Below, one piece after another: positions 27,928-41,776 of a DNA stretch of 64,000 nucleotides. Each line of letters opens with the position of its first letter. Within the stretch, counting starts at the first letter, position 1. Both the position numbers and the translations under genes were made by a program. The notes below the pieces were generated by a model. It saw only the letters and a list, made by a program, of their open reading frames with translations. It had not been told where the DNA came from and did no database searches. Source of the DNA: Eledone cirrhosa (Eukaryota); assembly GCA_964016885.1 (NCBI GenBank), contig OZ024763.1:13268001-13332000 (forward strand), read 5' to 3'.

Positions 27928-28705
27928 TACCAACAGAAAAGAGATGGTACAAACACACATCAGAAAAAGTGTCAGAGAACGACAAAGCAACCATTCTCTG
28001 GGATATGCCAATACGGTGGTGGTTATAGTGAGATTTTTGAAGGTTTTTAGACACTTGGACGTTAAATGATGATTGATGATACAGACAGAGAGATCAAAGC
28101 CAACCAACCAGATATTATAGTCAAAGAACACAAAGAAAAGGAATGCTTTCTAATAGATGTATCAACCCCCACAGACGACAATATATCTCCCAAGGAAATA
28201 GAGAAACTCTCCAAAAATATAAAGATCTAGAGATAGAAATACCCAGAATGTGGAAAATGAAAATAGAAGCAAACCCTATAATAATAGGTGCTCTGGGAAT
28301 GATAAAAAAAACACACAGACAGATACATAACCAAAACCCCAGGACATACAAATATATACAACATACAGAAGATAGCGCTACTAGGCACTGTATATATATT
28401 ATATAGAGTACCACAGGAATTACAAATATATACAACATACAAAATAGATCACTACTAGGTACTGTTTATATATTATATAGAGTACCACACGACTTACAAA
28501 TATATACAGCATACAAAAGATAGCACTACTAGGTACTGTTTATATATTATATAGAGTACCACACGACTTACAAATATATACAGCATACAAAAGATAGCAC
28601 TACTAGGTACTGTATATATATTACGAAAATGACTACCAATACAATAGAACCATCAGCAAAAACTACACTGCTCAAACCCAAGGCACACAGTAATGATGGG
28701 CAAGA
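27928..28705 (+). mobile_element. R4/Dong-clade LINE 3' fragment (restriction-like endonuclease)
   Basis: ENDKATILWDMPI..PDIIVKEHKEKECFLIDVSTPTDDNISPKEIEKL..KYKDLEIEI..IIIGALG..IQKIALLGT. Frameshifted, flanked by (AAT)n-like tracts. Confidence 0.85.
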
Positions 28706-29058
28706 AAAATAACAACAACAATAATTTCTGATATAAGCACAAGGCCAGTAAATTTAGGGAGGAGAAAGTCGATTAAATCAACCTCAGTGTGTTACTGGTA
28801 CTTTATTTTATTGACTCCGTAAGGATGAAAGGCAAAGCTAACCTCAGTGGGATCTGAACTTGAAACATAAATAGCCGTAAAATAATACTAATAATAAATC
28901 GAAGTGAAACTTAACTGGTGCGTGTGTTTTTGTTGGAAATGTGACTCTACCAAAAGTTATAAAACATTTTACATAAATTTACGAAACACTGGATTAGTTA
29001 GCAATTGCAGTATTTTAAGAATTAAATTATTGGTAAATATATAGAAAGACACCTAAAA

Positions 29059-29490
29059 TGCTGCAAAGGACTTTTACCCTGGAAAGGGGGGGGGAGAAGG
29101 GGGCCCTCGGACTCGACTCTCCTCCCGGAGTTTTCTTTACTCTCTAACACCAACCTCAAACCTAAACCCGGAGGAGAGAAAAAAGGACCCTCAAACATGC
29201 CTCGCCTTCCGGAGATTTCTTTACCCTGTAACACCAACCTCAACCCTAAACCCGGAGGTGAGGAGAGAAAAAAGGACCCTCAGACATGCCTCACCTTCCG
29301 GAGATTTCTTCTCTACCCTGTAACACCAACCTCAACCTTAATTCCGGGGTGAGGAGAAAGGGGACCCTCAGGCCTGCCCGCCCCCGAATTTTTTCACCCC
29401 GCAACCCAACCCTAACCCCGGAGGAGTAGGGGGGGGTGAAAGGTCCGAGGGTCTTCCCTTCCTTTTCTTGGGAAAAAGTCCTTTGCAGCA
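29059..29490. mobile_element. MITE-like element with terminal inverted repeats
   Basis: 17-bp perfect TIR TGCTGCAAAGGACTTTT / AAAAGTCCTTTGCAGCA (about 34 bp imperfect). Internal ~70-bp repeats contain AACCCTAA. Confidence 0.6.
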
Positions 29491-29784
29491 CACAAGGAGG
29501 TAAGTTTAATTGATACCACGCGAAGAAAAAAAACGACGAAAAAGGTTATTGCCCACTGAAATCGGTGGGGGAAGGGGTCTTTCTCTAATAATTCAATTAA
29601 TTGGAAGATATATTATAAGATTCTTAAAATAATAAATTACCTTGTTGGATAAGTTCAAAGTTTTTTCTTTTATTTTTCTCTGCGTTACATTAATCGAAAA
29701 GCTGTTATAATCCTAAATTCTTCAAAGTTATGTTTTTTGTTGAATGTCTGTATGATTTTGGTTATATATATATATATAATTAAC

Positions 29785-30180
29785 AAACGTCCAGGTTTAA
29801 CCAAGACTGTCCAGTTTTAGCCAGAAATGACAGGTTTTGGCCGGAAATGAATGTCCAGTTATGGCTAGAAGTGTCCGGTTTTGGTCAGAAATGACCGGGT
29901 TTGGATACGAATGATCAGTTTTGGTCGGAAACGTCTAGTTTTGACAAGAAATGTTTTGACCAGAAACGTCCAAATTTAGCAACAAATGTCCAATTTTGAC
30001 CAGAAACGTCTACGTTTGGCTACAAATCTTCAGTTTTAACCAGAAACGTTCAACTTTGGTTACAAATCTTCAGTTATGGCCACGAGTATCCAGTTACGGT
30101 CACGAGTGTCCAGTTTTGGTCAGAAATGTTCAAGTGTGGCTAGTAATGGAGTTTTAGCCAGAAGCGTCGTGTTTTGGTTA
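29785..30180. repeat. Degenerate ~20-bp tandem repeat
   Basis: Consensus about GTCCAGTTTTGGCCAGAAAT, roughly 20 copies. Confidence 0.7.
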
Positions 30181-30908
30181 GGTATGTTCTAATTTGAGAA
30201 ATTTTCTGGTTTAGGGATTGAAAAATATGGTTAGCTTATTATACATATGGAGAGAGAGACTTGTATGTGTATTCATTATATATCATCTACGCGTATGTTT
30301 GATGCGTGTAGATACACACGCACACAAACACACACATCACGCGGTATATTTGAATGTTGGAAAAAATAACCTCTACATCAGAAGAGTTAATATGTCCTGA
30401 GAGTGATGTCCCTTATGAAAACTGTGATGTAATAGTGGTTTAGCAGAGATGTTAAGTCATTCGACAAAATAAATTTCAGTTCTGAGTTGAAATAATACTA
30501 AGGGCCTTCAGCTTTGCTTTTTACCTTTCTTGCTCGCTATAATTAACATAGCATTAATGTGCTGAGGTTTATATATTGTCTTGTGCCCTAAATTTTAACT
30601 TACTGGAGTTACAGAAGAAATACTTGCTCAAGGAGACACGTAAGGTGTGTGCGACCACTCGCCTCCACCACCACTACCAATAATACTACGTGGATATGAA
30701 ACTTACTCATGAACCAAACGGTCATACCTGCACACGCATTTATACATACATACATATATACATACTACAACTCAAAACATACACATCGACACATACAATA
30801 ACATCCATACCTGCACACACACACATGCATGCATGCAGACATGCATACATATCTACCTAGTTGATGTGTAGATTCCAATGAAGGAGTCTTTATCTATATT
30901 AGAAACCG

Positions 30909-30965
<57 letters not shown>

Positions 30966-31399
30966 TGGCAAACATTTGTGAAATTATAAAACCAGAAGAA
31001 CATACACATATACATAGATGCACACATACATACATAGATGCATGTATATATATATATATATGCATAAGTGCGTACATAACATACGTATCTATGTGGATAC
31101 GTATGTCTTTAAGTATGTATGCACGTACGTATATATGTATGTATGGATGTACGTATGTATGCATGCTGGGAGAGATGACCCCTTAGCCTTTGTCAAGGCA
31201 GAATTCTAGGAGAAGGAAAACTCTGATATAACACCTGCAACCCTGATGGTATCCAATGATGTTGACTTGTTCTTCTTTTTGGTAAATATCATCTTGGTTA
31301 AGAAAGTGGGACTGGCTTTGTGCAGTGCCTTTGCTCACTATAAAAGCTTCACGGCACAGGCATTGCTTTGTATCTGGAGATCTCTCTGCACTTGTCGTC

Positions 31400-31580
31400 A
31401 CATGGTACCATGGGCCCAGCACTATGTGTCAGTAATTGTCACAAGTGTAGTGTTTGTACCAGAGTTTTCAAGTCGCTGGCTGGACTAAAAAGTCACACTC
31501 GTTCAGCGCATTGGTAGGGGTTCTCCTACATGGATATAAAGTAGTGGCCGTACTCGAAAATGAGTTGGCAGCCACCATGT
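31400..31580 (+). mobile_element. RTE LINE 3' end (C2H2 finger)
   Basis: HKCSVCTRVFKSLAGLKSHTRSAHW*, typical of RTE/BovB ORF termini. Confidence 0.6.
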
Positions 31581-32825
31581 ATGCATGTATGGGTGTTTGT
31601 ATGTATATATATGCATGTAAGTGTGCACTGCATGTATGTGTATATGTACATGTTTGTATGCATATGTGTGTATGTATGTACGTATGGAGGACCAGATTTA
31701 GACCTTAGAGAACCCTGGGCAGTTTAAGTGTTGATGGGCGCCTCATATAACAAAATACAGACACATTACACATATATATATATATATAAGCAAAGAGATA
31801 TTTAATTTGTTGGTTATTCAACAAATTTATTTATAACAGATTTGAAGCACTCTACAGTTTTCACACACGTCAGTTGAAGCTCTAATCATTAATATATTAA
31901 TATTTAATTAGTTATCGATCATTCACACTAACTAGTTTAAATGATTTAATATGCAACATATCAGCTCTGTCTACACAGACGCGCGCACACGTGTATGTAT
32001 GTGTGTGTATATATGTATATATATTTGTGTGTGTGTGGCTGTGATAAAACAAACATCTTTCAATATTTTCTATATTTTATCTGCCTGTCACCCACATTGT
32101 GGATTGTCTCTCTGTCGACCACTGGCCGCTGGTTTCTGTCCTCTGAGGCATTTTTGCCCATCGATGTCATTGACATCATTTAGCTATTTTAACGGCTGTT
32201 CTAACAATGGGCCTTTTCATTTTTATATGTATTTAAATACACACTCGCTTCCTCTCGATCAGAGATAAGTAGTTATGACTAGATTTCTATTTAGGACAGA
32301 CACCACTGCTGAAGTCCACTATCCCATTATTCTATTTAATCTGTTTTATTTCGTCCTTCCGTTTGTGCTGTTTGTTTTATCACACATACATCATACCAGC
32401 AGAAAGATTTATTTTTCTGTTGCACGATCCAGCATTTTAAAATGGTACCCTCGATTAAATCGGGCGAAACCATTTTGCTGGTTTGAGGGCTGATGAGAGT
32501 GAAGGTGTGCGTGTGTAAACTTGTCATGTACATCGCCTTTCTTTATTTCCTTCTTCCAGTCACTTCTGTGCGTCAGCCCCACTTCGCCATGTCCACCTCG
32601 TCTTTCAACTTTTTCTATATTTTATGTGCCTGTCACCCACATTGTAGATTGTCTCTCTGTTGACCACTGGCCGCTGGTTTCTGTCCTCTGAGGAATTTTT
32701 GCCCATTGCTGTCTTTGACAGCATTTAGCTGTTTTAGCGGCTTTTCTAGCTTTGAGTTTTTTCATTTTTATATCTATTCAAATACACACGCACTTCGTCT
32801 CGATCAGAGATAACATTGTTTTATG

Positions 32826-32862
<37 letters not shown>

Positions 32863-33984
32863 TGAAGGCGTGTGGCAGAGTGGTTAGAGAATTGGATTCG
32901 CAATCGTAAGGTTGTGAGTTCGATTCCTGGACCAGGCGATGCGTTATGTCCATGAGCAAGACACTTTACTTCACGTTGCTCCTTCTACCTGGAATTGCGA
33001 CCGATAGATAGTATTAGCAATTGGAAAGACCAACGGAAACATTGTTCCCTCGGTCCGATTTGACGAAAGTCGATCGTTCTTTCTATGTGTGTGTGTGTGT
33101 GTATGTGTGTGTGTTTGCGTGTGTGTGTTTTTTTGTGTGTATGTGTGTGTGAGCGGGGTTGTGTTTGTATCTATATGTGTGTGTGTGCAGGTAAGCATAT
33201 AAGTGTGCCTCTGTGTGTTTGTATCTATGTGTGCTTTTGTACCTATATGTGTGTGTGTGCCTCTGTGTGTGTGTGTGTGTGTATGTGTGTGCATGTAAGT
33301 GTGCCTCTGTGTGTGTGTGTGTGTGTGCAGGTAAGCATATAAGTGTGCCTCTATGTGTGTGTGTGTGTGTGTGTGTGTATCTATATGTGCGTATGCATGT
33401 AAGCTTATAAGTGTGTGTGTGTGTCTGCAAGTATGGGCATGTAAGCATATATGAATGCATGTGTTTATATGGGGGTGTGTGTACGTAAGCATATATGCGT
33501 GCATGTGTCTGTGTGTGTGTGTGTGTGTGTGTGCATGTAATCATACATGCATGTGTGTGTGTGCATGCATGCATGTGTTTATGTGTATGCATGCATGTGT
33601 GTGTATATGTAAGCGTGTATGCATGCACGAGTTTTAAAATAGTCTACAAAATATATTAAAATAAACATACAGTATATTATCAACTATACTATACATACAT
33701 TCATATATACATCGCTATTTCAGAGCACTGATATTAATTCCTAAATTTTGCTGGACCAGCAACTGCTCTGCTTAATCAGCTCATAAATATCACTGGGATT
33801 CTATAAGAATCCAGCTTCTATAAGTCTTGGTGGAAGTGAAGGAATGTGTAATCTTGATAAACGCTAATGAGCAAGAAACGTCCGTCGGTTATTTCCCTTT
33901 GTTTTTGCCGAGACTAAGTAAGTGACATAGTAACTACTTTAAAACTCATAGCGAATGGTCTTGAAAATGTGTTTAACTAAACAT

Positions 33985-34695
33985 ACAGTATATTATCAAA
34001 TATACTATACATACATACATTCATACAGTATATTATAAAATATACTATATATACATTCATACAGTATATTATCAAATATACTATACATACATACATTCAT
34101 ACAGTATATTATAAAATATACTATATATACATTCATACAGTATATTATCAGATATACTATACATACATACATTCATACAGTATATTATAAAATATACTAT
34201 ATATACATTCATACAGTATATTATCAAATATACTATACATACATTCATACATTATATTATCAAATATACTATATATACATTCATACAGTATATTATCAAA
34301 TATACTATATATACATTCATACATTATATTATCAAATATACTATATATACATTCATACAGTATATTATCAAATATACTATATATACATTCATACAGTATA
34401 TTATCAAATATACTATACATACATTCATACATTATATTATCAAATATACTATATATACATTCATACAGTATATTATCAAATATACTATATATACATTCAT
34501 ACATTATATTATCAAATATACTATATATACATTCATACAGTATATTATCAAATATACTATATATACATTCATACAGTATATTATCAAATATACTATACAT
34601 ACATTCATACATTATATTATCAAATATACTATATATACATTCATACATTATATTATCAAATATACTATACATACATTCATACAGTATATTATCAA
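33985..34695. repeat. 36-bp minisatellite
   Basis: TATACTATATATACATTCATACAGTATATTATCAAA x ~19. Confidence 0.9.
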
Positions 34696-34714
34696 CACAC
34701 ACACATGTTTATGT

Positions 34715-35300
34715 TCCTCAGTAGTAACACTAATAACCGTTTCAGGAGTAGTGTGAAGAGTAGATCCAGTGTTGTCACCTCTTGTTGGGGAGGTGACTAC
34801 TTGGGACCAGTTCAAGTCCAGCACTAGCTCAAGGAAATCATTTGCTCTTTGCGGCCAGCGAAAGGTTTCCCAGTCAATCTCAGGGTGATTGAAGTCCTCT
34901 GCAATAAAAACAAGTGGCAGTTTTCCTGGCAGCAGCTCTGAGGATATCACAAAGTTGAGTGTAATGATGATAATTTGGGGGTCGGTAAACGACTCCAAGT
35001 AGAAGTGTTGACATGGTCATACGTATATTGCAAAAGGATACTTCTTGTTGCAATTGGTTCAAATCAACGCAAGGAATTGCTGAAAAGTTTGAACGAATGT
35101 AGACCATTACACCACCAGTACCACCACAATTAATGCGGTCTTTGCAAAACAAGTAGCCAGCTATGCTGAAAATCTCATCACAGAGTAAGGAATGTTCCCA
35201 TGTTTCTGTGACTGTAATGAAATCAGGGTCGATACTTTTGATGTAGGAATCAAAGAGATGCACCTTGTTGCATAGACTACGAGCATTTAAGGGTAACAAT
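34715..35300 (-). mobile_element. CR1/L2-type LINE AP-endonuclease fragment (frameshifted)
   Basis: LNARSLCNK..ITVTETW..GGVMVYIR..GVVYRPPN..EDFNHPEIDW..QVVTSPTRGDN. Confidence 0.88.
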
Positions 35301-35784
35301 TTGTACCTTGATTTCAGTGTATGATGATGTGCAGGGGATGGAAGGTTGTCCTGATTTAGTTTCCCACAGTTTTTTCATATGTGTCTGTGTGTATATGTGT
35401 ATAATCATATATGTGTGTATGTGTGTGTGTGTATTACATACATATTTGTGATCGTCAATAATTAATCTCCAGTGTGAGATCAAACTAAACAATATCAACA
35501 TGTAAATACTTATCTTATCGACCCCCCCCCCCACCCCCCACACACACTTAAATTCACACTTCACTCAGGTGGTGCCCAAGCAGGATTCGGACTTTCACTG
35601 ACCCTAGCTAGGTCTACCATTTCTCTCAGTTGACTGCCCTGATAGCAATAATTATTTCTAACATAAGCACGAGGCCAGCAATTCAGAGGGACAAGGAGGT
35701 GAAATTCGATTAAATAATTCCCAATGCATTACTGGTACTTTATTTTATCAACCTCACAAAGATAAAAAGCAAAACTGACACTTC

Positions 35785-36190
35785 TTCTTTGTCCACTTAT
35801 TCCTGAGTGGGTCATGGGGGCAGAGTCCTCAAATGCACCTTCCAGTGGGTCCTGTCAGAAGCAACAATCTCCAACTGATCCAGCTGGATCTCCAAGCATG
35901 ACCAGCCAAGCTCATGGGTGTTATCCAACCATCTTGCTCAGGGGCTACCCCTGGGCCTCCTGCTGGTCAGCTTTTCCCATAAAATCTGTCCAGAGATTCT
36001 TTTCTGAGACATTCTAACCACATGTCCGTAGTATCGAAGCTGTGATCTCTCAATTCGGAGAAGTAGCAGCTCTACCTGGAATGGTTCTCTGATCTTTGAG
36101 CTAAGCACTTTTTCGAGTAATGTTACTCCAAAGACCCTTCAAAGGAATTCCATTTCGGCCACTTGTATTCACAAAACTGACCATTGCTCT
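35785..36190 (-). mobile_element. RTE LINE 3' fragment
   Basis: LLRIERSQLRYYGHVVRMSQ-like text. Related copy at ~62370-62655. Confidence 0.65.
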
Positions 36191-37064
36191 CAAAATAATA
36201 ATTGTTTCTAAATTTGGCACAAGACCAGCAATTTGAAGGGAAGGGGAAATTGGATTAAATGGATTCCAGTACTTTACTAGTACTTTTATGGACTTCACAA
36301 GGATAAAAATCAAAACAGCCCCTTGGTCTCTCATTAATAAGTGTTTTTGATGTTTGGCGCAAAGGCAGCAATTTGAAGGGAAGGAAGACATCATTAAATC
36401 AACCTCAGAGGAATTTGAACTCAAAATGGAAAGGGCCATAATTCTATGCTGCAAAGCATGTTGACTGATGCTCTCCCATCATGCTAATCCACCACTCTAT
36501 ATACTCATAGTAATTGTTTCTACTTTTGGCACAAGGCCAGCAATTACCCAGTACATTACTGGTACTTTACTTTATCAACCCCGTAAGGATGAAAGGCAAA
36601 GTTAAACACGGCGGGATTTGAACTCAGAATGGCAAGGGCCGAAACTCTATGCATCAAAGCATGGCGTCCGACCCCCTACCGATGCTGCCAACCCAACATC
36701 TTAATATAATTGTTTCTACTTTTGGCACAAGGCCAGCAATTATCCCAGTACATTACTGGTACTTTATTTTATCGACCCCGTAAGGATGAAAGGCAAAGTT
36801 AACCTCAGCGGAGGCACATTGGTGTAGGCAGGGCTGTGTGGTGAAGGAGTTCTCTTAACAATGTAGTTACATAGTTAGGGATTAAGTTCCACCTTGGACA
36901 GACCAATGGGAGGGACATTTTATATAGGGGAAAACTGAGTGGAAGTTGGTCTATACATACATATACATCATATATATATATATATATACATTGTATATAT
37001 ATACATTATATATACATATACATTGTATATAAATATAGCTTATATATATATATACATTATATGT

Positions 37065-37250
37065 GGATTGTCAGTATCGGTAGAGAGTCGGACACCATGC
37101 TTTGAAGTATAGAGTTACGTCCCTTTATGATCTGAGTTCAAATCCCGCCGAGGTTAACTTTGCCCTTCATCCTTACGGGGTCGATAAAATAAAGTACCAG
37201 TAATACACTGAGTGATTGCTGGCCTTGTGCCAAAAAGTAGAAACAATTAT
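37065..37250 (+). mobile_element. tRNA-derived SINE, family A
   Basis: A/B boxes and core as above. Confidence 0.8.
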
Positions 37251-37568
37251 ATATCTAAAAAAGTCTAAAGTCTGTCTTAAGCCAGAAGGTTCATTTGGCC
37301 GGTGCTTATCCCGGTTTCATGGCGTGAAGCTACTGAGAGTACAAGACTCCCCCCTGGACAGGACGCCAGTCCATCGCAGGGTTAAACCTCCAGCTATTGC
37401 TGGTACTCATTTTTAGCTGAGTAAACTGGAGCAATGTGAAATGAAGCGTTTTGCTCAAGAACACAACACACAACCTAGGAATCAAACCCACAACATTATG
37501 ATTGTAAGTCTAACACCCCTTACCACTAAGCCACGTGCCTATACATATACATTATATATATATATATA

Positions 37569-37627
<59 letters not shown>

Positions 37628-37914
37628 AACACAAATGCATGTATATATACACACATATACAAATACGTGTATATATATATACACACATACAAATATATGT
37701 ATATATACACACGTACAAATATACGTATATATGTACACACATACAAATATATGTATATATGCACACACATACAAATATATGTGTATATTCACATATAATT
37801 AAAGAGTGAACAACACAAAATATACATTGATATATATATACATACATATACGTTGGTGCCACAACATCCAGGCTGAAACAAATGAGATCGTGTAGGTGTC
37901 ACGACAAAAAACAC

Positions 37915-39040
37915 ACAGTCCACGCTGTAATGTGGCCGTGTAGGCAACACGGTAAAAACCTCCCAGTCCCACACTGTAAATGTGGTTGGTGTTAGGAAGG
38001 GCATCCAACTGTAGAAAACCCGCCAGACAGTCCACGCTGTAATGTGGCCGTGTAGGCAACACAGTAAAAACCTCCCAGCCCCACACTGTAAATGTGGTTG
38101 GTGTTAGGAAGGGCATCCAGCTGTAGAAAACCCGCCAGACAGTCCACGCTGTAATGTGGCCGTGTAGGCAACACGGTAAAAACCTCCCAGTCCCACACTG
38201 TAAATGTGGTTGGTGTTAGGAAGGGCATCCATCTGTAGAAAACACGCCAGACAGTCCACGCTGTAATGTGGCCATGTAGGCAACACGGTAAAAACCTCCC
38301 AGCCCCACACTGTAAATGTGGTTGGTGTTAGGAAGGGCATCCAACTGTAGAAAACACGCCAGGCAGTCCACGCTGTAATGTGGCCATGTAGGCAACACGG
38401 TAAAAACCTCCCAGCCCCACACTGTAAATGTGGTTGGTGTTAGGAAGGGCATCCAGCTGTAGAAAACACGCCAGGCAGTCCACGCTGTAATGTGGCCATG
38501 TAGGCAACACGGTAAAAACCTCCCAGCCCCACACTGTAAATGTGGTTGGTGTTAGGAAGGGCATCCAGCTGTAGAAAACCCGCCAGACAGTCCACGCTGT
38601 AATGTGGCCGTGTAGGCAACACAGTAAAAACCTCCCAGCCCCACACTGTAAATGTGGTTGGTGTTAGGAAGGGCATCCAGCTGTAGAAAACCCGCCAGAC
38701 AGTCCATGCTGTAATGTGGCCGTGTAGGCAACACGGTAAAAACCTCCCAGTCCCACACTGTAAATGTGGTTGGTGTTAGGAAGGGCATCCATCTGTAGAA
38801 AACACGCCAGACAGTCCACGCTGTAATGTGGCCATGTAGGCAACACGGTAAAAACCTCCCAGCCCCACACTGTAAATGTGGTTGGTGTTAGGAAGGGCAT
38901 CCAGCTGTAGAAAACACGCCAGGCAGTCCACGCTGTAATGTGGCCATGTAGGCAACACGGTAAAAACCTCCCAGCCCCACACTGTAAATGTGGTTGGTGT
39001 TAGGAAGGGCATCCAGCTGTAGAAAACCCGCCAGACAGTC
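37915..39040. repeat. 112-bp tandem repeat (~10 copies) of a SINE tail segment
   Basis: ORF track shows period 112. Unit contains GTTAGGAAGGGCATCCAGCTGTAGAAAA. Shorter arrays at ~10555-10790 and ~40095-40435. Confidence 0.92.
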
Positions 39041-39501
39041 CTATGCGAGCAAGACAACCACTCTTGCCTCAAGTGGGAAAACCCCCGTCGAAACCCATGC
39101 AAGCGTGGAACAGGGACGTTAAACGATGATGATGATGATGATGATGATGATGATACATACATATACATGCTAGCGTGGAAGATGATGATGATGATGATGA
39201 TATAGATTCATATATGCAATATATATATTTACACACATTTATATATATGTGTGTGTGTGTGTGTTTATGCAGTTTGACAAGAAGGGATCGATAAAGATAG
39301 ATGTCAGACTTGAAAATGAATAATTAAGCTATGGTGTTTGTATATCAATCAGTATTGTAAGCTATTTGCCATATTATTCATTTATATACATTGATATTCG
39401 ATATTCGATATATATATATATATATATATTTATATACTACCTATGTCAATTGATTTTTAATTTAATGTATATATATATATATATATATGTGTAGATATGT
39501 G

Positions 39502-39560
<59 letters not shown>

Positions 39561-39589
39561 CTGTGTGTGTGTAGATATGTGTATGTATA

Positions 39590-39639
<50 letters not shown>

Positions 39640-39799
39640 GATATGTTTTATATATATATATATATGTAAGTATGTGTATGTATATGTGTATGTATATATT
39701 ATATATATGTATGTAAAAAGTAAACAGAAATAACAACACAATCGGTACAGTATATGGAAGGAATATATTAGGTTAACACTTGATATAGCAGGAAGAGGG

Positions 39800-39835
39800 T
39801 CTTAACGTTTCGGACGCTAGTCCTTCATCAGAAGA
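39800..39835 (-). ncRNA. Putative minimal type-I hammerhead ribozyme
   Basis: tctt CTGATGA a ggac-tagc-gtcc GAA ACGT T aaga. Stem I tctt/aaga, palindromic stem III. Confidence 0.7.
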
Positions 39836-40709
39836 AAGAATGAGAAGCAAGATAGATTGGGGGAGGGGCGAGGTGGAATTGGAAAAAATGTTTTTAGAGA
39901 AAAATACTAGGTCCATTCATGTTGACATCTCTTAATGTGTGTATAGATATGTGTATGTATATATATGTAGATATGTGTATCATCATCATCATCATCATCA
40001 TCTTCGTTTAACGTCTATCTTCCACGCTAGCGGGTTAGACGGGAGTTGTCCCACTTGAAGCAAGGCTGGTCGGGTGACCGTGTCTCGCTCATATAGGACT
40101 GTCTGGCAGGTTTTCTACGGCTGGATGCCCTTCCTAACACCAACCACATTTACAGTGTGAGGCTGGGAGGTTTTTACCGTGTTGCCTACACGGCCACATT
40201 ACAGCGTGGTCTGTCTGGCGGGTTTTCTACGGCTGGATGCCCTTCCTAACACCAACCACATTTACAGTGTGAGGCTGGGAGGTTTTTACCGTGTTGCCTA
40301 CACGGCCACATTACAGCGTGGTCTGTCTGGCAGGTTTTCTACGGCTGGATGCCCTTCCTAACACCAACCACATTTACAGTGTGAGGCTGGGAGGTTTTTA
40401 CCGTGTTACCTACACGGCCACATTACAGCGTGGACTGTGTGTCTTTTTGTTGTGACACTTACAGGGGGTCTGACGTGCCGTGGATTTCAGAGTCGGGTAA
40501 GATCGATACAGATCAAACCTTGAGCTGATCAGTGGTGAAACACGTGTCACCAACCAATAAACCTAATGAAGGAGTAACTAATCGACCTTGATTTATTTTA
40601 ATTTACTATAATACACTCTGTCTAGCTCTACTCCTCGACACTGAAGTGAACCTAAACATCGAGTGCTCACCCGGGTGAACCTACAGTAACTCCAAGTTAC
40701 ACTCCCTGG

Positions 40710-40750
<41 letters not shown>

Positions 40751-40873
40751 TAGATAGATAGATATGTGTATATATATATATAACAGAAATAATCATTATT
40801 GTATATATATATATATATATATACACATATCTATCTATCTATATATATATATATATATACACATATCTATCTA

Positions 40874-40925
<52 letters not shown>

Positions 40926-41776
40926 TAGATATGTGTATATATATATATATATATAGATAGATAGATATGTGTATATATATATATATATATATACAATAAT
41001 GATTATTTCTGTTTCTTCAATAATAATGATTTCTACTTTAAGCAGAAGGCCAGTAATTTGGGGGGAGGGGGAAAGTTGATTAAATCGACCCGACCCCAGT
41101 GTATTACTGGTACTTTATTTATCGACCTCGTAAGGATAACAATAATAATGAAATTAGACAAAGCTAACCTCAGCGGGATTTGAACTCAGAACCTAAAGGG
41201 CCATAACTCTATGCCACAAAGCATAGTGTCCGCTTCTCTACCGATACTGCCAATCTTCCGCCCTAATAGTGATACTGCTAATCCACTGTGAAATAATAAT
41301 AATAATAATAAGCCGAAGTGTAGGCAACCCGTCTAGGAGAGCAACCATTCCGAATAAATTGGTGCAGGGTGGAGAAGCCCCCCAAAACAGCCTCCCCAGT
41401 GATGGTGGCACAAATAAAAGCACCCAGTCCATGCTGTAAAATGGAGGTGATGGATGTGGCATTCAGCCATTAAAATCATGCCAAACTATGGGTAGGAGAG
41501 GGCCCCTGAGTCCAGTAAGACAACCTCTCTAGTGCTGGTGGCACAAATAAAAGCACCCAGTCCATGCTGTAAAATGGTGCTGGTGATAGGAAGGGCATCC
41601 AACCAGTATATTATTAATGCCAAATTATGAACACAAACTCAAACAAATAATAATTGGTTCTACTTAAGGCACAAGGCCAGCAATTTGGGGGGAAGGGAAA
41701 GTCAATTAAATCGACCCCAGCGCCTGGAATTATAATAAAATAATTTCTCATTGATTTATTGTCTTCTTTCACCCAC

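Noticed and set aside
29150-29420. Interstitial telomere
   Set aside because: Only isolated CCCTAA words within a TIR element, with no (TTAGGG)n array.
32485-32520. CTGATGA motif
   Set aside because: No stem II-GAAA-stem III follows.
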